A DNA stretch of 64,000 nt from Eledone cirrhosa (lineage: Eukaryota), in assembly GCA_964016885.1 (NCBI GenBank), contig OZ024742.1, positions 355,198,001 through 355,262,000 of the forward strand. The letters run 5' to 3'. Below the pieces are notes generated by a model. It had not been told where the DNA came from. It was given only the letters and a program-made list of their open reading frames with translations, and did no database searches. The position numbers were made by a program, and so were the translations under genes. Each line of letters starts with the position of its first letter. The stretch's first letter is position 1. Positions 54,141 through 64,000 of the stretch are shown piece by piece.

Positions 54141-57100
54141 TTTTTTTTAAATGGCTGAAGCTTCTTCACCAACATTCGAAGGAGGAAAGGGGAAGATATG
54201 CTTACAGCTTCCCCCTGCCACTGTCATAGTAGCTGATGACAAAGACAAAGGTCAGCCAGAGGAAGGATTTTCTCCACCTGCTGACCTACAACTTGGCGTT
54301 GTAATGGCAAGAAACCAGCAACAACAACAACAACAACAACAATGCTACGAACGAAAACAACACCAACAACAATAACAATAACAACAACAACAAGTCCAAT
54401 AACTGTGATAACAACAACAACTACAGCAGCAACACAAACAAGGAAAAGTCTCCTTCGCCCAAACGGCAAAGAAAACATTCGACTATCTGCCAGTAGATAT
54501 ACGCAAAGCGAAAGAGCTACTGGCAGATGCCAAAAAATACGTAGTGTACGGGGAAAATAGATCAATGTTGACCCCCCCCACCCCCCCCACACACACACTA
54601 AAAAAATAAAACAATTTCCAAAAACACCCGAACCGCAAACACAACCCGATAATCTACCCCCCCCCTCCAACGAGGAAGATGACCCTCGTTCGTCGTCAGA
54701 CGAGGAGGAACACTTCCACACAATCAAACGAAAAAAAAGAAAACACACCTGAGACACACAAATGCCCCCCCCCCAAAAAAAAACATAATACAGACACCAA
54801 CACAAAAGTGCACATAACAACAGCAAACAGAAAACACCACACAAAAACAAAAACATGCATACACATACATAAACACAAGAAATAAAAAAAAAGGCTAAAC
54901 ATTGTATACAACACCAATTTAGTAAAAACCCAAGGGCCTAACTTCACCCAGGCAGGGGATTTCCCCCACCTCAAAATGATTAAGGCCCCAGAGGACACAT
55001 ATAAAACACTAAAAAACAACTTTAAAAAGGATGTGCATGTCACAACGTATAGATGTGATGGTTATTTGCGAGGCCCGGATCAGCAACGTGCGACAGCTGG
55101 CCCCCATATATGATGACTTTGAGATGCACGCATCTCTCTGTCAGCCCGGAGGTGGGGGTGGGGTTGTCGTTCTGCTGCAAAAACATCTGGGTCTCGCAAC
55201 ACAGACAATACATTTGGGCCCGGATGGTCGACTAGTTGTTCCGGATATTGGCAGTGGTGAAGGTGGAGCGTTTAGGCTGGTAGCCGTCTACGGCCCTTTC
55301 GGGTGAACGCAGCCGGATATCTTCCATCGCCTGGAGACATTTCTAGGGAAGTCCCGCTCCTTGCTATTAGTGGGGGACTGGAATTGCCTCGTAGATGCAC
55401 GTTGGGACTACGTAGGGGCCTGTCCCGATAAAGAAGGGTGTAACAGCCTCAAAGAGTTAATCGGTCCATTTAACCTGGCCGATAGATGTCGACTAGATTT
55501 TCCGAGTGTGCCAACCTCGACTTGGGCAATCCGCAGCGGATCATCTAGGTCGTACTTAGATAGGTTCTTAGTTAGAAATAAGGATAAGGACATTTTAAGT
55601 TGTCCAAAAATGCTCATGGTTGGCTATTCAGACCACAGGTTAGTGACCTGCATGGTCAACCTTGACAGAACGCATAGACAGGGACCCGGTTACTGGAAGC
55701 TCAACTTGTCCTTACCGGCAAGAAAGGCTTACAGGGACCGGGTTAACACTTTAGATAAGGAGCGGTTGATGGGCGCCATCGTCAACAGAAGGTGGTAGGT
55801 ATCTCTCAAAAGAGAGATTAGAGTAGTCTCTATAGAATTTAGTAAGGAGTTAGCCTCAAATAGAAATAGGAAGGAAAAGGTTTTGGTAGATAGTGTAGAA
55901 GAGGCATTTAGAAGCGGCGACGTGGCCAGAGTGCTAGCGTCGAGAACGGCCCTGGGCCAATTCTTCGACGCGAAACACGAAGGCTGCATCGTCCGAAGCA
56001 AAATACGTGCTCTCGGAAACGAGGGGACCAAAGCTGTTAGCTGGGCCCGCGTAACAGTAGACAAAAGATGGAGTAGATCCACTATCCGGTCTTTGCGAGA
56101 CCAGGATGGATGTGTGATCTTTGAACCTAAGCAGATGTGTGAGGCATTTCAAAAGCACTTTGCCAGATTGTTCGGAAGGGGCGGAGAGCCGGTTGGGGAA
56201 GTGGACTTCCGTCCATACATCGACGGCCTGCCGCGTCTCTGGGACAGAGGCGAAGTCCTGCGAGGAGCCGATTTCAGCCGCTGAGATAGAGGACGTGCTG
56301 AGCCAATGCGGCAAACGCAAATCCCCGGGTTTCGATGGTCTTCCATACGAAATATATCTAGCTATGCCGGACTTGTTCCCCGATCTCCTCGGGGCGGTCT
56401 ACTGCAACTGGCAAGAGAACGGGAGAATTCCCTGTGCTGTGACCAAGGGTGTAGTCACTCTAGTGAGGAAGGACGAGAACAAGGGGGACGATATAAATAA
56501 TTTCAGGCCCATAACTCTGCTAAATGCATAGTTACAGATTTTGGCCAAGGTGCTAGCAAAGAGGTCGGCGCTTGTCGTGGGCAACCTGGTGGGAGATTCG
56601 CAGACATGTGCTATCCCGTTCAGATCCATCGACGACAACCTCCACCTCATGCGATACATCATAGAGAGGATTGGGAACGAAGCCGGTTTTGGTGGGCCCC
56701 TGATCAATTTGATCAATCTAAGGCGTTCGATAGGGTCGACCATGGTTACCTGGATGCGGTGCTAGCGGCGGGAGGCTTCGGATCCGTTTTCAGGGGCTGG
56801 ATCACTGCCATGCACAGCAGCCGCGTCTGCTCTAGGGTCAAGGTGAACGGCTACCTCTCGGAGCCGTTCGAAATCGCGCGGTCCATCCGACAAGGCTGCC
56901 CTCTCTCCTCCCTTCTGTATGTAATGACTCTAGAGCCACTGCTGCGGAATTTTGAGTTGTTGCAGGGCATCCCGTTGTAACCGGGATTGCGGAAAGCGGT
57001 GTCGGCGTAAACCGATGCCGTAACAGTAATGTTGTCGATGGCCTCGGAAATCGGGGCGATCGGCACCTTACTGGATGAGTATGAAAGGTTTACACGGGCT

Positions 57101-58615
57101 AAGCTGAACCGGGACAAGTCGATCGGTCTGCAACTCGGCACGTGGAGCGGCAGATCGATGCCCTCCGATGGCGTCGTCGGCGCTGGACGGAAGGCCCGGT
57201 GAAGTTGCTCGGGGTCTGGTTCGGACCATGACCTCCAGTTGGAGAAGAACTAGGGTGAGGTAACGAACAGGGTGTTTGCACTGACCCAGAAGTGGGCCAA
57301 CTGCAAACTGTCCCTGAAAGGTCGGGCGGAGATGGCGAACACTTGTATAGCGTCCGTCATCTACTACCGTATGACTGTCGTGCCTTGCTCAAAGGAAACG
57401 CTCGCCAAAAGGGAGCGCGCACTCTTCCAATTCATTTGGAAGAACTGGGCTCCTATGGTGAGGAGATCCATCTGCTGTCAACACCCTTCGAATGGAGGGC
57501 TGGGGATGCCGTGGCTAATGATACGTAAACACGCATTAAGGCTACGGCACCTCCAGGCATTCCTCACCGTTTGTGAGGCGAGCCTTTCCCCGACTCGTCT
57601 GGCTCACGGAGCTGCAATCTTGGGTCAAGCAAAGAGAGGGAAAATTGGGCGCCTGGCACACCGGGTGTGCCCAGGCGCTCACGGCTCTCTGGCAGGCGGA
57701 CCCGACTGTCAGTGGAGAATCCACCTCGTCATACTATAGAGGGCTGGTTAGCAGGTGCGACGACGCCCTCGGAGAAGCCCTAGGCATGGAAGAAGACGAA
57801 CTGGACAACATTTTCGGTAGGACATTCAGCCCGGTACCCATGGATAACTTTCAGAGGTTCCTGGCCTGGCAGTGATACCGAGGGGCTCTGCCCGTTCGAG
57901 AAAGGCTCTACAGACACAGGCGCCCGGGTAAGGACCCTTCGAAAAAGATCTGTCACAGATGCGTGTGCGACGAGGAAACCGTTGCACACGCATTGGTACA
58001 CTGCTCGCGCATTGCCGATCTGTGGGTCTATGTCGAACAACTACTGTCAATGGTGGGACCGATCCAGTTGACCACCGAGTCTATTGTGACGATCAAGCCG
58101 CCTCCCCTCTTCAAAAAGGAAGACGATGGGGTGTTTCTGTTCGTAATAGCCATGGCGAAAGAGGTTGCATGGTGGACGCGTTTGAAAGGACTGAGGTCAG
58201 ACACCTTTCTTTCTGGCCAACAACTGGTCCGTTTCTTCCGATATCATTTCGGAAGAAGGATCAGGATGGAGAGAGAGGTGCTGCACCCCAGCCGTTTTTA
58301 TGAAAGTTGGGTGAAAGTGGCGAGAATGGCCCGTGTAAATGGGCCTTCACTCTACATCAGACTATACGTGAGGAAGATGAAAGATCAAGGGAGCACACCC
58401 TCTCTGTGCTCCTGAGGTGAAGGGTTGCACACTTTTTTCGGGGGTGTGTGTGACACCCCAAGGCGCCTCCTCCCTATTGAGGATTTTGTTATCAGTTTTA
58501 TTTTTGCTATATTTTATATATTATTTTTTATATCTTGTTATAGAGGACGCCTTTTTATGTAAACTCCCCCCATTTTACTTGTCCCACTCTTTGTTGCCCT
58601 GGTGGTAAATGAAAA
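54141..58615 (+). mobile_element. L1/Tx1-type LINE, near full span and decayed (ORF1 remnant ~54151-54890; ORF2 ~54976-58415)
   Basis: APE motifs LVAVYGP, GDWN, SYLDRF, YSDH, GPGYWKLN; RT motifs KSPGFDGLPYE, FRPITLLN, DQSKAFDRVDH, IRQGCPLS; C-terminal C..EETVAHALVHC. Confidence 0.93.
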
Positions 58616-58619
58616 GTAC

Positions 58620-58800
58620 GTTATCTATCAATATATCTAACAATCTATATATCCATCTATCTACCTATCTATCTATTTATCCATCAATATATCTATCAAT
58701 CTATCTATTTATCTATTTAACTATTTATCCATCAATATGTCTATCAATATATCTATTTATCTATCAATACATCTATCAATGTATCTATCTATTTATCCGT
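58620..58800. repeat. Degenerate (TATC)n microsatellite
   Basis: Directly visible. Confidence 0.9.
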
Positions 58801-60544
58801 AGATTGATTCAACTGATGTAAAATATTGTTTTCTTTCTGAATGCAGTTTTATTTCCAACAGAGCTGTATACGAGACATTTCTACACCCATATTGATGATA
58901 TCATACGACAAGTATATCGTTGAAGTATTACTTTGTATCTTAGGATTGTTTTCTTCTTCAAAGGAAAGTTATAATAGAGTTACTCCTATAATTTCCATAA
59001 TCTTATTTTCTAGCGTTTAGAATTGTAAGTTAATAAAATTGATCTGGGTACGAATGTTGTATCGAATTAAACCATCCAAACGCTCACCTGATACTATCAC
59101 ACGGAACGAAATTGCTAAGAAATTTCATTGCTTTCGTTCGCTTATATAGTCTGTCGATAATTTCGTGTTTCTTTAATATAATTATTGTTGATCTATCATT
59201 ATTGTCATTCTTTAAATACCTATCGTTCTAATTTTTCTTGATGTTTAAATTGTCAGGATTATAGCTATGCTTGCATTCACAATTTCTTTGTTATTATCGT
59301 TTCGTAAAGTATTTGTTTTAGTTTCTTTTTTAATTATTCAGAAGAAATACTCACTTGCTATGAAATATTATAGTTTATGGTATCGCCGAGGACTAATTGA
59401 TCTAAATCAAATGTTCACGTTAATGAGAAATTCAAGCACGAAGACTTGAACCTTGCATTTCGGCATTTTTCCGGTTTGCGGAGATATTTCTGTTAAATAA
59501 ATTGCTATTTTCGATCTGAAGCAACATCTGAAAAACTAAAGATTTTAGAACTGATCTCTATAGCACATCTCATTCGTAAGTTCTTTTAAAGTTCAGTGGT
59601 ACTTATACATGTTATACATGTGAAAAAAAAGAAAGAACTACAACAAACGACTGCTGTCTTCGTTAAAAAGTAAGCGGAATATAACGCCACTGAAACAAGC
59701 AATAAGAGATAAAATATCTATATAACCATATCTGTGTTTGTGTTGAAACGCTTTGTACGTGTATCATCGACGGTGGGAAATAGAGGTCGTAGGTGATGTA
59801 CCAGATTTAAACTGTTATCCTGAATAAAAAACAAAGGGGACCAAAAAGTTATGTGTATTCATGCCTTTTTGTAATTGCTAACAATGAATCCGAGACAGAG
59901 TACACTGAAGTTGAACCGGTAATAGTGTTTTTATTGGTTAAAGAGTCTGATTAGCAAATATAATATGCGTGACTCGACATAAACTCAAACGTCTACACAC
60001 GGCCGTTCCGTTAGGTATAGTAACATTGATACGAAAGCTAGAATCGATAGAATCAATACTAAATAAGAGGCATTGAAAAAGGAAAATGTTTATTAAAACA
60101 TTGATAGTTTTCAATTAATAATGTTGACTGCATAAGATGAGAATTATAATAAAATATAGGCATATGCAATGTATAAATTCGGTGGTCAACATGATATAGG
60201 CAAAATTATGGAAGATGCGTGCATACTTATGCATAATGCAAATATGTCTGCAATATATCACTTCACAAGTATATGTTACAAATAAGCATAGCATAGATTC
60301 TTCATATACATTTGTCTACAGACTAGTAAAGTTGGATATTCTGTAAATATACATATATTAGTTGCTCTTCAGTAACTTCATTCTATAAATTACTGTTAAT
60401 ATGAGGTGTAAAGTTGAAAACAGTAGATAGCTTGATATTTCCTAGCTGATGTACATAACTGAGCTATCACGTGGATTCGGTTAATGTTAGCGTGTATATC
60501 CGTCTGTATGTGAGGAAAAAAGATTACTATCGAATCCACAGAAC

Positions 60545-61440
60545 CATCTGTGTTCAGAGAACGTAAGGCCGCCTGTGAGACGTGGGACCGGCTGGGACTT
60601 AGCCCAGTAGACGTCCCTTCTCCTTCTCCCCCTTTGACGTCAAGTCCCCCAAACGCACTTGGGATGCCATCCAGTGCAGCCTAGCCTCAGACAGGCTCAG
60701 AGCCAGCTCGACCAGCACCGCCTTGCTTGTTTTCGTGCGGCCTCCAAACCCCACAGTGGTGCCTGGCTCCATGCCCTGCTCTCCTTCTCCACCGGCACGC
60801 AGCTAGACAACCATACCCTGTGCATCGGCGTTTCCCTGAGAGTCGGCCTCAGGATCTGCCAGCCACACCAATGTCGCTCTGGTTCCACCGTGGACTCTTT
60901 CGGCCTCCACCCGCTTTACTGTCGCCACAGTGCCGGCCGCATTCCACGTCATGCTGCCCTCGACGAGGTCATTAAGTATGGCTTGGACGCTGCAGGCTTC
61001 CTTTTCCAGCTCGAGCCGGTGGGGCTGGATCGAGGGGACAGCTTAAGGCCAGATGGCATAACCATCTTCCCGTTCCGCTGTGGCAAAACCCTCGTCCAGG
61101 ATGCCACTTGCACCGACACTTTCTGCAGCCGCAACCTGCTGCAGTCTGCGACTGAGCCAGGTTCTGCTGCACATCGGGCTGAAGGAGCCAACCTTCTCAA
61201 ATACCGGTCGTTCTCCGACTTCTGGTGTCCTTGCCCCCAGTGCTACCTCCTTACTCACCACCATAGGTGCTGAGCTGGCCAGCCGCAGGTGAGAGCCCCG
61301 CGAGTTGGAGTGGCTTTTCCAGCGCGTCCCATTTTCCATCCTCCGGGGAAACGCCTTCTCCATTCTGTCCACCGGGGCGGTGGGTGGGCCCCATCGCGTA
61401 CCGTTGTAGTTGTTGTAGAATAAACAGGAATACAACAACT
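60545..61440 (+). mobile_element. CRE-clade non-LTR retrotransposon 3' fragment (Zn knuckle plus RLE)
   Basis: HSGAWLHA, LRVGL..HQC..G..VD..GLH..C..RH, LEP.GL.RGD..RPDG, DATCTDT, WLFQR..SILRGNAFSIL. Confidence 0.88.
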
Positions 61441-62708
61441 GGAAAGTTTGATTTGGCGTATCGAAATAGGTGTATAAATTTGCGTTTGTGTGGTAAATTA
61501 GGAAAATACTGTTTCAACAATTTTAAAGGTTAGAAAGATTAATTACATTTTAAAATTATCGTACAGAACATTTACTGCACAGATCCTGTGTTATACTAAT
61601 AGAAATTGAAAACTAGACAAATATATCCTTCTTTATAAGCCAGGCTTTAAACATATCCAGCACTGATTTGATATTGCTTGTTGACATTGTATTCCGCATA
61701 GATAATAGAGCGTAGAGGGACAGTTATTTTATATGTCCTAGTTTATGATATTACGACATCTCGTGAAAGGGTTACAGTTAAGGTTCACATATTCTGTTAC
61801 ATTGCTAATTTCTGATTCTAAGTTGTACTCGTTCTGATTTTTAGCCGTAGGAAAGGGGTTATTATGAAAAGTAATGTAACTCCTGGCGCTTTATAGATTG
61901 CCCAAAAGCCGGCTTCACATTCTGCAGAATTAAGCGAGCGGCTTTGTTAAACCAAGCAGAAAAGAATGTCAGTTTTGCCAACCACTCAGTTATTGCAAGG
62001 CATCAACACTTTGCTACTTTGTCGTCTGCTATTTAAAACCGAAACATTATTTATATTTGGAAATGAAGGCACTGGATAGCAAGAGACAAGGTATATTTAC
62101 CATCTCATCACTATATTCTTTTCTACATAAAACTACTTTATAATATCCTGTGCAATGAGTTACCAAATCAGATAGAATTAAAATACTCGTTGTTGCAATA
62201 GTAGTTATCCCTCCCAAACATTTGACTGAAAATGTGTGACTCCTCAGACTCTTGAGTCTCGAAACAAAGATTTAAAATTACGTCAGAGCTGAAAAAGTTC
62301 TATGAATATTCAGCTGTGAAGTGTAATCGAGAACGGACATCACTGCATATAATTACACACATATTAAGTGATACGTGATATGATAGTTAAATGTTATTTA
62401 TTAATTTCATGTCGCTGATTAAAACTTAATCTGTCACGAATTATTTTATTTCTAAAATGTGTGTTGGCAATGTGTAAAGTTTGAAAAGTGTTGTTATCGC
62501 CTTTCATACGGAACAGAAAACTATAGTTAGTGATGCCATGGAGAAAGTAATCAATGAAAAAGTACACTGACATTTTTCCAAGTTCTAATGGTAAACTATG
62601 GTGTAGGGTAATGTCATATATTTCTAGTGTCTTATAAATATATGTGATGGTTGATCGATTATACAGTAACAACACGATATTTATTATATTCTCCTCTTTC
62701 GTCTTTAC

Positions 62709-62960
62709 CCACATTGACTTGGGAGAGCCGTGCGGACAAGAATCTTTACACACGTCCTTTGCTTCTGGGAGGACTGCCAGATGCAACTGTCGCTCATTGA
62801 TCCGGGTGAATCTCAAATCAGAACCAGCCGAGCTCATGCATCTTGACCAACGATATTGCATAGTGTCTAAACCTGAGTCTTCTGCAATTATTCCCTGAGA
62901 CAGTTTGACCACACTTCCGAAGAAACCGAGCTGTGATCCGTGAATTCGCAGAAGTAGAGC
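62709..62960 (-). other. Possible 252-bp phase-0 exon in a unique GC-richer island
   Basis: AG...GTAAAG bounded open frame (ALLLRIHGSQLGFFGSVV...CKDSCPHGSPKSMW); weak acceptor and no recognised homology. Confidence 0.2.
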
Positions 62961-63376
62961 CTACACCATCATTAATTTACTGTTATTCAAGCTACACTAT
63001 CGAGTTACTCTAAAGGCCCTACGTAAGAAAGGTTACTATTTATTTCAGAAGTAATCAATTATGACCTGATCTCTTGTTTCGCTTTTCAATTAGACATTTG
63101 GGTAATTCGTCAAATCACAACGGGCAGAATGTATAAGACATTAAATGGATTAAGATTGTACGTCGTGATAATGACAATAATTAATTATATATGTTTTTCA
63201 TAACTGTTGAAAATATATCTTTTCCGATCTCTAACGGATATTAATTACCACAGCACAGGGTTATTAATACAGGTTTGAAATAAACGAGTTCATATATTGT
63301 AAATATAACAGTTTCAGTTGAGAAATCAATTAAGGAAAGGTTTAGATGAGTAAGACATTCCCTACACACACAAGAC

Positions 63377-63416
<40 letters not shown>

Positions 63417-63420
<4 letters not shown>

Positions 63421-64000
63421 AAAATTGAACGGGAACAAAACAGAGAGGCAGTACGAACAAAGGATTATTAATTTCACGCTCATGAGAGTGGGGTGGTGGA
63501 GGGGAACGACGTTTCGGGCATAAGCCCTTCTTCAGGTGAAAAGTGTATGGGAAGAGAGTTCAAAGGGTGTGTAGGTGAGTGGTGGAGAGACATATAGCAA
63601 AAAGGAGGTGGAGGAAACGGTGCAAATGAAATTAAAAATAAAGGCATGATCAAAATAAAATGAAAATGGGGTAACACAGGTGGTGGAAGGGTGTGGGGCG
63701 TGTAGGGGTGGTGGCGGGTGGAGTGGCGAGAGGGAGACGGGGTGTTCGAGCGGGAAGGGCTGAATGTGGTGTGTGTGTAGGTGTACGTGTGTGTGTGTGT
63801 GTGTATGTGAAAGCAAGGGTTGGGGGAAGAACGGGGTTGCATGTTCAGGAAGAGGTGTGTGTGGGGTGGGGTGTAGGTCGGAGTGTGTGTGCGTGTGTGG
63901 ATAGAGGGGTGGGCGGAGAGGATTCTGGAGGCTGAATGTGTAAATATGTGGTGGTACGCACGTGTGTGTGTTGTGTTTATGCGTGTTGTGGATGTGGGTG
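63417..64000 (-). mobile_element. PLE-like 3' end abutting (TA)n, continuing beyond the window
   Basis: Hammerhead motif ~90 bp from the end; TA flank. Confidence 0.55.
63505..63538 (-). ncRNA. Minimal type I hammerhead ribozyme motif
   Basis: cac-CTGAAGA-a-gggc ttat gccc-GAAA-CG-TC-gt; palindromic ACGT stem III typical of PLE hammerheads. Confidence 0.7.

Noticed and set aside
54224-54856. 210-aa minus-strand ORF
   Set aside because: Antisense of the low-complexity, A/C-rich LINE ORF1 remnant.

Overview
AT-rich eukaryotic (animal) repetitive DNA. It is most likely from a cephalopod such as Octopus; this is an inference from the dense (TA)n/(CA)n microsatellites and the SINE types. I can support no host protein-coding gene: most predicted ORFs are microsatellite translations. 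The window is a nest of transposons. It holds at least six RT and/or GIY-YIG-bearing Penelope-like retroelement (PLE) copies from three lineages, an L1/Tx1-type LINE, CRE-type and R4/Dong-type RLE LINE fragments, an internally deleted Helitron with 23-aa STPR-like repeats, and about 15 tRNA-derived SINE copies. The most striking structure is a repeated foldback architecture. Many PLE insertions sit in (TA)n runs as two 5'-truncated copies joined head-to-head with 3' ends pointing outward. One arm carries an extra ~18-130 bp tail and the other stops at an internal TA-rich site. Minimal hammerhead ribozyme motifs lie near these ends, including a compensatory U3-A8 core variant. All coordinates were read by eye and may be off by a few bases.
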